A program made the translations under genes and the position numbers. Below are positions 27,177 to 42,805 of a stretch of DNA of 64,000 bases, one piece after another. The stretch comes from Octopus vulgaris (taxonomy: Eukaryota). The stretch covers positions 129,146,001-129,210,000 of the forward strand of contig OX597819.1 of NCBI GenBank assembly GCA_951406725.2, given 5' to 3'. A model generated the notes under the pieces. The model was not told the DNA's origin. It was given only the letters and a program-made list of their open reading frames with translations, and did no database searches. How positions within the stretch are numbered: position 1 is the stretch's first letter; each line of letters opens with the position of its first letter.

Positions 27177-28112
27177 GATGATACGTTCTCGCTTACGTAT
27201 CACACGTTATTCAATCGTTAATTATTGTTCACCGTTCCTATTATGAACGCTTTGTGTTTGTGTGTGCGCATGCGCATGTTTGCATGTGTCTGTGTGTACG
27301 TTTCTTTGTATTTTTACATGCGTGCTCGTGTGTCCATGTGTGTGCATGTGGTTAGAAACTCGCAAGTGTGTAAATGTCTGTGTGTGTGTGTCTGTGTGTT
27401 TTCATATTCGTAAGTGCGTAAAAGTCAATGTATGGAAGTGTGTGTGTAAGTGTGTGTGTTTACATAGTCGCATGTGTGTAAATGTCTGCATGTTTGTATA
27501 TGTGTGTGTTTGTACGTGCACCGTTACGTATGTTTAGCTACACACAAGTGTGTAAACGACTGTGTGTGTGTGTGTGTGTTTACATGCTCGCACGTGTGTC
27601 GATGTCTGCGAGTTTGTTCGCGTGTTTGTACGCGTGTGTAAATGTATGTATTTGAACGGGTGTGTAGATGTATGTGTGTTTGTACTCGCACTTGCATGAA
27701 TGTGTGTATATGTGTGTGTGTGTGGTTATGTGTATGTGTGTGTAGTTATGTGTGTGTATGTGTCTTTATACGCTCGCACACGTGTAAATGTCTTGTGTAC
27801 GCATTTATAACAGTTTCCGCTTGTTTATGTGTATACTGGGGAGTATAGTTTTAGTGAAAGGTAAATTTACTGCAGTTTCGATCAGACATAGCACCTCTTA
27901 TAGACGTGCTGCGTTAAAAAACACAATGTATATAGTGGAGGGACACGAAAATCGTCCCAGTAGTGGCTATTGAGGACGCTAGACGCATTTTTGGTCACGT
28001 TGGGCCATGTCAATGGCATATGCTTGCAGCCAAGCACATGCTTAGACTGGACTTATCACCACCAGAATAAAGGAAAACACTGAAATATATACAACGTCTC
28101 CTTCCCATATAT

Positions 28113-28346
28113 ATTTTATTTTTAACTACCCACAAGGGGCTAAACACAGAAAGGACGAACAAGGACAGACAAACGGATTAAGTCGATTACATCAACCCCA
28201 GTGAGTAACTGGTAATTAATTTATCGACCCCGAAAGGATGAAAGGCAAAGTTGACCTCGGCGGAATTTGAACTCAGAACGTAACGGCAGACGAAATACTG
28301 CTAAGCATTTCGCCCGGCGTGCTAACGTTTCTGCCAGCTCGCCGCC
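28113..28346 (-). mobile_element. SINE family B monomer with TSD
   Basis: Flanking duplication TTCCCATATATATT. Confidence 0.9.
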
Positions 28347-28869
28347 TTCCCATATATATTGTAGAAGTGATACTATCGACTGTACGAAACCTGTAAAAGA
28401 ACCGATAAGAATATAGTCGGCGAGAGTTAAATGTTCTTACTAGGTCCACAAAAATGAATTCTGGAAATCCTTAACCATGAAAGCGAGTATTCTGTTAATT
28501 TAGCCAACCTGCTGTGTGCGTGCACGTGCAAGTTTGCGTATCAGCAATTTTGTTTGTTCCTGCTGCCTTGAATTTCTGTGCGTATCACTGATAAAGATGC
28601 AGGAAACCTGGCACGTATGCACATACTGATTAGAACAATGGCCTGCAATGCTTCTAGCGGAAGTAAAAACAAAGACAATAAATATTATATCTTTCACAAT
28701 CCTGTTTGATTAATCTCTTGCGAAGATCAGCAACATAATTTTCACTCAGGTATTTGATACAATTATTAACGCGATCTATCTGCGTACAATGTGTTGCTAG
28801 TAAAGTTCGACGCACTAAAATACCTGAAGCCAGAAAAGAAAGAGAAAATGGTTGCCATTTGTTGTTGTT

Positions 28870-29166
28870 GTTACTGTTGCTGAGCGAAGCGGTCTTCGTC
28901 CCAGAGCTCGCAAGATCGCGTCTCTGTAGTGGGAGAAGTCCGATACGAGGTCCTTTGCTATTCGCAAGACCCGCAGAAGAGAAAGCAGGTCAACGGATGG
29001 TTGCGTAGGAAGTCGGGGACAAGAAACAGGAAGAAAGAGTGAGAGAAAGTTGGAGCTTTAGGTGTTTCTGCTCAATAAACACACACAACGCCCGGTCTGG
29101 GAATCGAAACCGCGATCCTCCGACCGCGAGTCCGCTGCCCTAACCACTGGGCCATTGCGCCTCCAC
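28870..29166 (-). mobile_element. SINE family C (internal deletions)
   Basis: Matches 15137-15484; flanked by (TTG)n. Confidence 0.88.
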
Positions 29167-29325
29167 TTGTTGTTGCCGCCGTCGTCGTCGTCATGGTTGG
29201 CTCAAAAGGAACCATTTAACGAAATGATTGTCTTTTACAACGGTGTCTATTTTGAGATATGTCAACATTACATTGCTGTAACAAAACCAAAAATATTGAT
29301 TATAAAAAAAAAATCTACATCTTTA

Positions 29326-29401
<76 letters not shown>

Positions 29402-30120
29402 TGTGTGTGTGTGTGTCTGTGTGTGTGTGTGTCTGTGTGTGTGTGTGTGCGCGTGCATTTGCCTGTTTATGTGTGTGTATGCGCGCGAGCACGTGGATGA
29501 TCTTTCTAATTTAGCCTAAACTTCATGTCTTATCTAGCACTCATTCTGTTTTCTTCGTTTTAGTACAACAAAATCATCGCTAATGCATTAAGTCGTTTCA
29601 CTAAATTTGTTCGATTGGTTTGTACTAATCGTAAGATGTTATCCACGATTTGTTTATTTGAAAGACTTTGTAATTATTCAGTCTTCTACACCTGTAATTT
29701 TTATAATCACGAAGGCTTACAGGAGAAGAAGCTCTATTTGGTTTTCATTGCCGAAATCACGCTGAATCCAGCATAATACGGCTGTTGAAGGATATTTCTA
29801 TTTGTTTTGTGTTCTTCGTTAAGTGTTGCTTATGTACTTCCATTTATGATTATACAATAATCGAGCGTGCTTATGCGTGTGCACGCTTGTATATATATAT
29901 GTACACGCACAGACTGTGTGTGTATGTGTACGTGTGTGTATGTGTGCGTGTGCGTGTATGTGCGCGCGAGTAAATCTGTGTGAATCTGTGTATGGGTGCA
30001 CACGCATTAACACACACACGCACACATACATACACGCACGCGCACACTCACAATTACGCGCGCGCGTTGCGCAGAGTCAGCAAATGAGATTCAGAGATTT
30101 TCAATACAGAAAAGACTTTA

Positions 30121-30703
30121 TGGCGACGAGCTGGCAGAACCGTTAGCACGCCAGGCGAAATGCATAGCGATATTTCGTCTGTCTTTATGTTCTGAGTTCA
30201 AATTCCGCCGGGGTCGACTTTGCCTTTTATCCTTTCAGGGTCGATAAACTAAGTACCACCTACGCACTGGAGTCGATGTAATCGACTTAATCCGTTTGTC
30301 TGTCCTTGTTTGTCCCCTCTGTGTTTAGCCCCCTGTGGGCAGTAAAGAAATATATATTTCGTCTGTCTTTATATTCTGAGTTCAAATTCCGCCGAGGTCG
30401 ACTTTGCCTTTCATCCTTTCGGGCTCGATAAATTAAGTATCAGTTACGCACTGGGGTCGATCTAATCGACTTAATCTCTTTATCTGTCCTTGTTTGTTCC
30501 CGCTATGTTTGGCCCCTTGTGGGCAGTAAAGAAACAGATATTTCGTCTGTCTTTATGTTCTGAGTTCATATTCCGCCGAGGTCGACTTTGCCTTTCATCC
30601 TTTCGGAGTCGATAAATTAAGTATCAGTTACGTACTGGGGTCGATCTAATCGACTGGCCCCTTCCCCCAAAATTTCGGGCCTTGTGCCTAGAGTAGAAAA
30701 GAA
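30121..30703 (+). mobile_element. SINE family B, trimeric form
   Basis: TATTTCGTC at 30171, 30355 and 30539 (period 184). Confidence 0.9.
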
Positions 30704-31064
30704 TATAGAAAACACTTTGAAGCACTCAAATGATTTGAAATTACACTCTGAAACCTTAACCGAGGACCAAGTCTGCTGGGTAAAGAGTGGCTAGAAGAGG
30801 AATCCAGGTGAGTAGATATGGAACCAAAGCATTTTATCTGACATTGGGTACCTGAAAGAAATAAAAGCTCTATAATTGGTTTGAAGAGACTAAATGTGCT
30901 GATAATGAAGTGTAATCAGACACTCCTTGAATCCTGTATATAGATATGAATATGTTGCATGTATGTACGTATGTGCGCATATGTATGTGTATGTATATAT
31001 GTATTTATATATGTATATATGTGTGTGTATGTGCGTGTATATACGTATATATATATATATATCT

Positions 31065-31748
<684 letters not shown>

Positions 31749-32230
31749 TCTTATATGTGTGCGCACTCTCTCTCTCTCTCTCGTGTGTGTTCCTAACTTT
31801 ATTTACAAGATATTAATTTCCTTTATCTTGGGACAATGCCATTTTCCCCGACAGTGGGGGCGGTATAGAATCAGTTTAATGAAACACGTTATTACCACAA
31901 TTACACATAGTTTATCGACCCTCCTCGTAGAAATGAACTCAGATATGGGAGACTGCTAAATGCTTTGAGACCAACTGCCATTTCTGCCTCTTCAACATCT
32001 TTATATAGAACCTCATGGCCAATATGAGATTATATAAACCATCTGTTTATATAGGAAAAAAAATCTGTTCATTGCAATGTTTACATAGGATATTTATTTA
32101 TATCGAATGCCACGTCTCGGAATCCTTCACCGACGTCTAAGATATCTATGTACCTGCTGGTTGATGGTTGTTCGTGTGTTGAGACTAATGTAGGCTAGTA
32201 GAATGTTAGACTACCACATAGCAGTCGAGG

Positions 32231-32599
32231 CATACATACATACATACATACATACATACATACATACATACATACATACATACATACATACATACATACA
32301 TACATACATACATACATACATACATACATACATACATACATACATACACACATACATACATACATACATACATACATGCATACATACATACATACATGCA
32401 TAATACATACATACACACACACATACATACATACATACATACATACAAACATCCATACATACATACATACATACATACATACATACATACATACATACAT
32501 ACATACATACATACATACATACATACAAACATACATACATACATACATACATACATACATACATACAAACATATATACATACAAACATACAAACATACA

Positions 32600-32631
<32 letters not shown>

Positions 32632-32906
32632 CACATACATACATACATACATACAATACATACATACATACATACACACACATACATACATACATACATA
32701 CATACATACACACACACATACATACATACATACACACATACATACATACATACATACATACATACATACATACACACACATACATACATACATACATACA
32801 TACATACATACATACATACATACATACATACATACATGCACACATACATATATACATACATACACACACATACATACATACATACATACACACATACATA
32901 CACACA

Positions 32907-32940
<34 letters not shown>

Positions 32941-32980
32941 CATACATACACACATACATACATACATACATACACACACA
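32231..32980. repeat. ~750-bp (CATA)n microsatellite
   Basis: Direct reading. Confidence 0.95.
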
Positions 32981-33148
32981 CCCCACACTAGAACGGAGTG
33001 AGGAGTCTCTCTCTGTTGGTGCACGCTAACTGAGCTCGTCTCGTCTCCTTGGTGTCTCAGAGGTAGAAATTGTAAGAAATTGACTGAGGGGAACCCACGA
33101 TATATTAATTTACTGACTCGTTAATTAATCTAGTTAACGACGGCAGCT

Positions 33149-33253
33149 ATGGTGGTGGCGGCTGTGGTGGTGGTGGTGGTGTTGGTTGTAGTGGTGGTGG
33201 CGGCGGCGGTGGTGGTGGTGGTGGCGGCGGCGGCGGTGGTGGTGGTGGTGTTG

Positions 33254-33284
<31 letters not shown>

Positions 33285-33410
33285 TGGTGGTGGTGGTGGC
33301 GGCGGTGGTGGCGGTGGTGGCGGCGGTGGTGGCGGCGGTGGTGGCGGCGGTGGTGGCGGCGGTGGTGGCGGCGGTGGTGGCGGCGGTGGTGGCGGCGGTG
33401 GTGGCGGTGC
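33149..33410. repeat. (GGT/GGC)n GC-rich trinucleotide repeat with a 12-bp higher-order unit
   Basis: GGTGGTGGCGGC reiterated. Confidence 0.9.
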
Positions 33411-33844
33411 TGTGAAGATGATTGTGGGGATGATTGTGGGGATGATGGTGAAAGTAGTGGTGGTAGTGTGGAGATGATGGGGGGAGTGGTGATAGTTGAG
33501 GGGATGTTGATGATGGTGACAAGGCGGAGGAGGTGGAAGAAGATGATAATGGTAGCATACTGATGATGATGATCATGAAGTGATGGTAGGGGTATGTGAT
33601 GAAAATGGTGGTAAATGGTTTGGTGGTGTCATTATTTACTCTTCACGGGATGAACCACTCAGTGTGACGGTTTGCAAGTGAGAGTTACGTGCCCTTGACT
33701 CGCGACGATGCGATATGACCCGCAACACCTCCTTACTGCGGGTCGATCTCTGTTATTGATCCGCTCAGCTCCATATATATAGAAAATGCTAGATTATGAT
33801 AATGACTGGGGATGGAGGAGGCGAAGAATCCTTCAGATTATAGA

Positions 33845-34240
33845 TCGCCTTGTAGAAATAGCAGTTATATTTACCCCGACTTTTTGCAGTCTTAAAGGTG
33901 AAGCGAAGGACACGTGAAACAATGTAGCCGTAGATACACTATGTTTTGGGGTAAAAAATAAGGATAATCGAAGCTGGAATTTTTATCATACTTCTTGATC
34001 TTGATCAGGAGTCATCTAGAAAAACAAGGGAGAGAGAGCGGGTGGGAACCAATGAGGTAGACTATGTGATCACTCAACCTGTCAGAAATGGGTGCCAAAT
34101 CACCCTCAAATTTCACTCCTACCATCAAAAAAATAGCGATAAGATAGATTGTATAATGTTGTTTTAGACACTCTAGGATAGAAAAAAGACGAAAATTGTC
34201 ATGGCTGGAACCCTTTTCATTATAGATCTGTTTGCGAAGG
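33845..34240 (+). repeat. Two tandem copies of an old ~200-bp dispersed repeat (TAGAAATAGCAGCCAAATC-type motif)
   Basis: Related copies at ~15495-15650 (+), ~11700-11745 (-), ~45130-45310 (-) and ~48830-49050 (-). Confidence 0.55.
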
Positions 34241-34714
34241 GTGAGTGAAGCATGTCAGTTCCTGTCACTTGTAACAGTAGTACTACTGTTACCATCCTGA
34301 CATCCTTTTATCTGTACAATAGTTAATAGGGTATTTTGAACTTTGCACTGAAAAGTAACGAAACACCAGACGTACAAGCTGCCGGTGTTTTATCTGTTTC
34401 GCGCTTCGAGAGAATGAATCAGCGAGAACTTAGTGTTAATGATATCTGAGAAATCCCCCGTGTGGGTGTGGGTATTCTCTCCACAGGATACAAAGAACAG
34501 CATTAACTGTTTGTGTATAGAAATGTCATAGTAAAAGATAGCTAAATATAGACTTGGTTCTTAGGTTTGTGCTGTATCTTTAGAAATCCTACCTCATAAA
34601 AAACATTGCTATGAAAAAAGAATCATGATAAACTCGCCTGTCTCAAGAAAGAGAGTTCTGTGACTTAGAGACTGATGACGTTTTCTGGATCACTCCGTAC
34701 GAGGGAGACTAGGG

Positions 34715-34993
34715 GTGGAGGCACATGGCCTAGTCGAGGGATCGCCGGTTCGAATCTCAGACCGGGCGATATGTGTGTTTATGAGCGAAACACTTAAGCT
34801 CCACACGTCTCCAGCAGAAGGTAATGGCGAACGTCTGCTGACTCTTTTGCCACAACTTTCTCTCACTCTTTCTACCTGCATCTTGCAGCTCACCTGCGAC
34901 GGACCGGCGTCCCGTCCATGTGTGGAACCTACACGCCAAGGAAACCGGGGAAACCGTCCCTTACGAGCCAGGCATGGCTCGTGAAGGAACAAA
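34715..34993 (+). mobile_element. SINE family D with 9-bp TSD
   Basis: TSD AGACTAGGG at 34706-34714 and 34995-35003. Confidence 0.88.
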
Positions 34994-35515
34994 AAGACTA
35001 GGGTGCCAGCTGATCTCAGGACGTTAAGAGGCGATGCCCCTTCTCATGATGACGCGCAGAAGGGCTGGACCCCTAATTCGCTGAGGTCCAACATGAAGAC
35101 GGAAGAACTTACGTTGATGATCTTTGAACACCTCACAGGTAGCAAGACTTTTTATTTGCAACATGTGCTGCAATATATGAGGGGGAAAACTTGCTTACAT
35201 CAAACATAAGCAGTAGAGTCGTTATCTAATTGATAATCTAATTGCTAATTTGTTAATGAGCCAGTATTGTTTGAGGAATGCATATAAGTATGTGTGTGTG
35301 TGAGTGTGTATAACCGAAGAGCATAACCAAAATCAAATATAAAGGAAACGATAGAATAGCATGTTTGTCACGTTAGGCAGGTATTCTCTTTAATCTTGTT
35401 CGTTTATTCACTTTCTAATTTAATAATACATAAATCTAATTAGTTATGCGGCTATTAAATAATTCTGTGTGAAAAGGTATATAAATGCGAAAGTATGTAT
35501 GTGAGTGTGGCAAGA

Positions 35516-35582
<67 letters not shown>

Positions 35583-35701
35583 TCATATATATATATATAC
35601 ATGTATAGATAGATAGGTAGATAGATAGATAAATACATACATACATAATACATACATATATATACATATATACATATATATATGCATATATATATATATA
35701 A

Positions 35702-35778
<77 letters not shown>

Positions 35779-36166
35779 TAGAGAGAGAGATAGAAAGGAA
35801 GAAAGAGAAAAGGGAGAGAGAGAAAGAAAAAAACGGAGATGGATACACATAGATAGATAGATAGATAGACAGTCAGGAATGTGTATGTGTGCGCGCGCGC
35901 GCGTGGAAAGGTATGTGCGTCTTGTGTGTGTGTTGTACGCAATTTGAAGTAATATTAAATTAAAATAGTTATCTCTGTATCATATTTAATGTATGATACA
36001 CGGAAGAAATTTTAAAAGCTGTAACGTATTCATGATTCACTGCGAAGATCTGATTTGAAAATGGAGAAGAGTGGATTCCAGTGATCAGGAAGCAGGCAAT
36101 AAAGAGTATTATGTGGTATCACTACCTTCTACGTGTATGTTCTATTTTGTACGGGGGATGTTTCAT

Positions 36167-36448
36167 TTATGAGGACGTACTCCTGTATTTGTCTGAGTGT
36201 TGCTTGGATAAAATGCAGATGTCAAGTCGACCCAGAATGCCTCCATGTTCGTCTTTGACATGTTTGTAGAGTACGGTGGACTGATTTTTTCTGTCGTCAT
36301 ATTGTCTCGAATGTGCATTTAATCTTTCCGCAATGCTTCTAGATGTGTCGCCAATATATGTCATGTTCTTGTCTTTACAAGCAGCCTCTATGCACCCCAA
36401 GCTGTAGACTACATTTCTAGTTCTACAGTTAATGCCAGGGTTAATCAC
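36167..36448 (-). pseudogene. Penelope-like GIY-YIG endonuclease fragment
   Basis: NCRTRNVVYSLGC..AC...TYIGDTSRSIAERLNAH matches the PLE GIY-YIG signature. Confidence 0.85.
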
Positions 36449-36466
36449 ATAAAAATATTTTATATA

Positions 36467-37599
36467 CCGTATATACTCGTGTATAAGTCGAATTATTTAG
36501 ACCATCTTTTAAGGTCAAACTAATGGGTTCAACTATTATATGGATACCACTTTTGAGGGACTGAAATTCAAGCTAGAATCTGAAGTGCCGCATCAACAGC
36601 AGAAGCCCAACTGATCTCTAAGCGAATAAAAGCAATGGCTTACAGTAATATTACCAGTTCTATGCATCAAAACACGCGTCCTAGTAAATAACAAAACCCA
36701 TAAACAAGACCCCGTTGCTCTCATGTGCAGCTGCCAGTAAATGTCCATAAGGTGGTGGAGGGTTGTTAATCTGGAGCAGGGATTCCCAAAATGTGTTCTG
36801 CAAAACCCCAGGATTCCCTGAAATTTATCAGGGATTTCAGGTTTTTGAAAATAATGTCGAAGGATTCCGCAGTAAAAATTGTTTAGGAACCGTTGATCTA
36901 GCGATTAACTAAATGTTTTTAGGCTTACCGATGTCATGCCTCTGTACGAATTCATACAGTGGTGTTTGCTGCTGTTCGCTGGTAGTGCTGTCTGTGAAAC
37001 ACGTTTCTCTCCATGTAAACAGACGAGCGTATGGCGCATGTGTTTATTGTATTTGGAGATGAGGAAAATATAAAGGTCGCGTGGGAACCACTGATCTTGC
37101 GATTAATTGAATGGTTTTAGGCTTATCAAAGTCAGACCTTTGTGCGAATTCAGGCAGTGGCGTTTGCCAGTGTTCGCCAATAATGCTGTCTGTGAAACAC
37201 GTTTCTCACTGTGTAAACAACGAGTGTATGACGCATGTGTTTATTGTGCTTTAAGATGTGTGCAGGCTTGCAGCATGTCCTGTGCATACATTTTAGCAAC
37301 GGTAATGTAGCACCCATCAGCAGATGTGTAGTGATCGCTATTAAATGGTGTTTTACTATAAGCACCAAGCATTCCGTTATAAGCACCAAGTATTCCACCT
37401 GCAGAGCAGGCTACAGTAACGTAGCCACACAATTTTATAACAGTGTTATTTCTACGTACGGGAGAATACAAATGTTATTCTGTTGTTCGGGAAATACTAG
37501 GGTCGATTTTTATACGGAGTCTATGGAAGATTCCAAATTTTTTTGGCTAAAAATAGGGGTCAACTTTTACATGAGATTGACTATTACTCGAGTATATGC
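36467..37599. mobile_element. Non-autonomous Tc1/mariner (pogo/Tc2-like) element with a nested hAT-MITE fragment and an internal ~200-bp duplication
   Basis: TIR CCGTATATACTCG(T/A)GTATAAGTCGA and its reverse complement, TA flanks; duplicated blocks ~36885-37060 and ~37083-37260. Confidence 0.7.
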
Positions 37600-37646
37600 T
37601 ATATATATTTTCTATAAATGTATACATCCATCCATCCATCCATCTA

Positions 37647-38185
<539 letters not shown>

Positions 38186-38202
38186 AAAAAAAAGATGAAT
38201 AT

Positions 38203-38383
38203 ATTTTTTTTTTCTCTCCTTGTTTCTCTCCTTGTTTTTTTTTTCTGTGTCCCTTTCTGCAGAAGAGCGTAGGCTCGAAACGTAAAATACTTTTTTCTAT
38301 TCCTGAGCGTTATACTAATACATCTGTTTGTTTTGTACACCACCTGTCTTCGTCTTTTGTTTTTTTTCGTAAACTCTCCCCAC
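38203..38383 (+). mobile_element. Short non-autonomous element with a minimal hammerhead-like fold (38253-38288)
   Basis: CTTT-CTGCAGA-A-GAGC-GTAG-GCTC-GAAA-CG-TA-AAAT; same family as 62511-62733. Confidence 0.7.
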
Positions 38384-38410
38384 ATATATATATATATATG
38401 TTTGTATGTA

Positions 38411-38471
<61 letters not shown>

Positions 38472-38605
38472 TGTAGTGTATTGTACAAAAATTATGCTCA
38501 CAATGTTAGTACTTTATTGAATAGTGGTGTAAAAGCGCATGTGTAATTGTGTATTTACGCATGCGTGTGCATGTGTGTGTGCGCGCGCGTGTATGTATGT
38601 ATGTA

Positions 38606-38636
<31 letters not shown>

Positions 38637-39239
38637 ATGTGTGTGTGTGTATGTGTGTATGTGTGTGTATGTATGTATGTGTGTGTATGTATGTATGTAT
38701 GTGTGTGTATGTGTGTATGTATGTATGTATGCATCTATGCATGTGTGTATGCTAGTATTTGGATTTTCTTTATATTCATGTTATGAAAAGGAAGAGAAGT
38801 AACGATATAATGACATTAATTGAAATGAAAATCTGACTTAAAGGATTCGGTGGTCTTCCTAAACACCCAATATATCAGTTTAATATCTTTAGTGAATCAT
38901 TAAATCTGCTTTCATTTGGATTATGTCCTGAAACCCTTCACCACTACAGGATTATCAAAATACTATGTCATCATTTAAGTTAAAGAAAGAAAGCCACCCC
39001 CACCGTTTAATACCTTAGAGAATAACATCCGTCTTGATTTTTCTTATTTGTTTTTTTTTATTTTTGCTTTTTCCTTTATGTTTTTTATTGCGGCTTCTAC
39101 TATGGCTACCATGAAGACGTTTTATGTAATGTTTAACAACTAAAGCTCACCCTCAACATCACAATCAGTGCTTGGCCTAGTAATCTCTAATGATCTCTCA
39201 ATATGCAAGTAAGAGTTGATATATTTAATACAAATAAAG

Positions 39240-39820
39240 TGGCCAGATGGCAGAAACGTTAGCACGCCGGGCGAAATGCTTAGCGGTATTTCGTCTGCCG
39301 TTACGTTCTGAGTTCAAATTCCGCCGAGGTCGACTTTGCCTTTCATCCTTTCGGGGTCGATAAATTAAGTACCAGTTACGCACTGGGGTCGATATAATCG
39401 ACTTAATCCGTCTGTCTGTCCTTGTTTGTTTCTTCTCTGTTTAGCCCTTTGTGGGTAGTAAAGAAATAGGTATTTCGTCTGCCGCTACATTCTGATTTCA
39501 AATTCCGCCGAGGTCGACTTTGCCTTTCATCCTTTCGGGGTCGATTAAATAAGTACCAGTTACGCACTGGGGTTGATATAATCGACTTAATCCGTTTGTC
39601 TGTCCGTGTTTGTCCTCTCTGTGTTTAGTCCCTTGTGGGTAGTAAAGAAATAGGTATTTCGTCCGTCTTTACGTTCTGATTTCAAATTCCACCGAGGTCG
39701 ACTTTGCTTTTCATCCTCTCAGGGTCGACAAAGTAAGTACCAGTTGAGCACTGGGGTCAATATAATCGACTTACTCCGTTCCCCAAACCTGCTGCCCTTG
39801 TGTCAATATTTGAAACCAAT
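39240..39820 (+). mobile_element. SINE family B, trimeric form
   Basis: GGTATTTCGTC at 39285, 39469 and 39653 (period 184). Confidence 0.9.
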
Positions 39821-40494
39821 ATATTTAATGAAAATAAGGTGACCAACTGGCAGAATCGTTAGCACGCCGGAGAGGAGATGTTGGTCCAACGTGTGTTCCT
39901 GAATGTGGGTAGTATCAATCTTCTGAATTATTTATTCCCTGAACAATCCTATTTCTTTACACACGCCTCAGAAAGCTCAGGAGCTGGTCATCCAGTCGAT
40001 CGATCAACTGAATCCTTTTAGTCGAACCGTCGAGGACCAAAGACAAAGTGTCAGGAATAGAGCCAAATCTCTTGGTCTTTCAACAGATCCTCTAAGATTG
40101 GTGAGGAGAAAAAAGGAGGAAGAAAGCACGGCCGATGGATTGCTGATAAGAAGCAGTACAGTATTAAGATATCGAGTTATCTTTCATCTCGAGACATACT
40201 TCTAATCCCTGTAACGAGATGGGCTCTAGTAAACATAATCGAGGGCCAGACAGTACTTTTAAACCTGGTAACAGATTAAGACTATTTCTCAAGAGCAGGT
40301 ACAGTTTTCTGATGAGCTTCTGCACAGTTTCCGTCTACCCAATTTCAAACACAAAGGTTGCATCTATCTGAGGTTTTGCTCAATGGATTCGAGGTCATAC
40401 CCACTTGATTACAAAGTGAATGCCTTCACGCTACGATTTCTAATACAAAATTCTTTGTGTGTTCTGCCGTGACATTTATTCTGATTGCTTTTTA

Positions 40495-40900
40495 TTTTTT
40501 TACATGTTTCAGTCATTAGACTGTGGTCATGCTGGGGCACCGCTTTGGAGAATTTTTGTTTTTTGTCGTATGAATCAATCCCAGTACTTTTTTTTAAGCT
40601 TGGTCCTTATTCTATCGATCTCTTTTGCCGAACCGCTAAGTTACTGGGACGTAAACACAACAGCACCGGTTGTCAAGCGGTGACGGAGGGATAATACAGA
40701 CACAAAGACACACACACAAACACACACATATACACATATATACGACGGGCTTCTTTCAGTTTCCATCTCCCAAATCCACTCACAAGGCTTTGGTCGGCCC
40801 GAGGCTATAGTAGAATGAGACTTACCCAAGGTGCCACGCAGTGGGTCTGAACCCGGAACCATGTGGTCGGCAAGCAAGCTTCTTACCACACAACCACGTC
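40495..40900 (-). mobile_element. SINE family A
   Basis: Match to the family-A consensus. Confidence 0.88.
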
Positions 40901-41499
40901 TGCTTCCGCAGAATTCATTTTAAACCCCAACTATGTATTTATTTCTGCATCTAGCATTATGTTCGTTATACAGGCAATTACTAAAACCGCAGCTTATATG
41001 TGTAATATCATTAACATGGTATCTATGGCAGCTACGAATTCTAAGATCTGTTGTGGCATTTGTGTGTGTGCGTGCGTGCGTTCGTTCGTACTTGCGCGTG
41101 TGTGTATGTGTCGTTATCTGCTTTGAACTTTAGCAGTTTCTTGAAAATTCCTGAAACCGCGATTGTAGGATATAACTGATGACTTGACATTTATTGTGTG
41201 TATTGCTAGATATCTTTGGTCATAAGATCGACATTCAGTGCACTGTTATGAGTTTTTGGTCTTGATTCCACTGCATGTCTACTTGGATTGCTTCCTATTA
41301 ATTGCCTCAAGGCAAGCGAAGTTTTTTAATAAATTTAATCCATTGTCGGGTTAAGCACCTCCACTTGGTCCTTTTTCGACGTAGCATTTCTTTTCTAGCA
41401 TGCTGCAGTACTGATTTGTGTGTTTATGTGTGCGTGTATGCATGTGTGTGCGTGTATGCATGTGTGTGCGTGTATGCATGTGTGTGCGTGCGTGTGTGT

Positions 41500-41501
41500 A
41501 T

Positions 41502-41547
<46 letters not shown>

Positions 41548-41554
41548 CACATAC

Positions 41555-41593
<39 letters not shown>

Positions 41594-41602
41594 CACACAT
41601 AC

Positions 41603-41647
<45 letters not shown>

Positions 41648-41670
41648 TATATTATATATATATATATATA

Positions 41671-41737
<67 letters not shown>

Positions 41738-41748
41738 CATACACATAC

Positions 41749-41779
<31 letters not shown>

Positions 41780-41853
41780 GAAGAGAGAGAGAGAGAGAGA
41801 GATACACATATACATACATATATATACAGATATACATACGCATATATACATAC

Positions 41854-41905
<52 letters not shown>
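41500..41905. repeat. Interrupted (TA)n/(GA)n microsatellite
   Basis: Direct reading. Confidence 0.9.
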
Positions 41906-42675
41906 TTTTTATATAGACATACATATATGCCATATATACACATATAATATGCAAATAAGTACATATAAATATGCATAACAATATGTATACACATATGTAT
42001 ACACACATACGCGCGTGCGTGTGTGTGTGTGTAACTTAGAAAACCAACTTTTCGAGAGGAAGATAAAATATTAGGTGAATTTTTCTGAAAAAAAAATATA
42101 TATATATATGGAGTCATCTAAAGTTTCTGATGCGGAATTAATCTGTCTAATCTTCAGGTAAGACCCACAATCCAATTTTTATAGGTCTCTAGAAATTTAT
42201 GGCGGAACTTAATCTGGAACCCTTATACTGAGGAGTGACACCTGGTACAATTTTATTTACATTTTCATAAGGTACTTTCTGCTCTTGCATCTTGGGGTTT
42301 TGGAAGGGATGGGCAAGTGAATAAATAACAACGAAGCCAGTCGATTCGATCGTCATCCTACATTGAGGCCCGGGTGGATCTAAACACTCGCGGCCAACTT
42401 CTCTAATTCCGTCACCCACCTCACTGCAACAGCCCATGACTGCCTCCACATGATTCCATTGCCTTCGTGTTCCTTTGTGTGACTGTGTGCTCATCGCTGG
42501 TTAACTCACACTATATACTACCAGGCCTACCTCCCATGCCAAGAACCTGTCATGCCAAGGAGAATTTCTCCTTAATTAATTCATGCCAAACTCTGCCTCT
42601 CACATTAACCAACTTTCTCTCAGATCTCCTCAACCACAAACCACACTTCACTTCCTGCATTTCTAATTCACTGTA

Positions 42676-42766
42676 ATCATCATCGTCATCATCATCATCG
42701 TCGTCATCATCATCATCATCATCATCATCGTCGTCGTCGTCATCATCATCATCATCATCATCATCG

Positions 42767-42805
<39 letters not shown>

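Noticed and set aside
33130-33576. Thr/Ala/His-rich mucin-like ORF
   Set aside because: Explained by a GGT/GGC trinucleotide repeat; no splice or domain support
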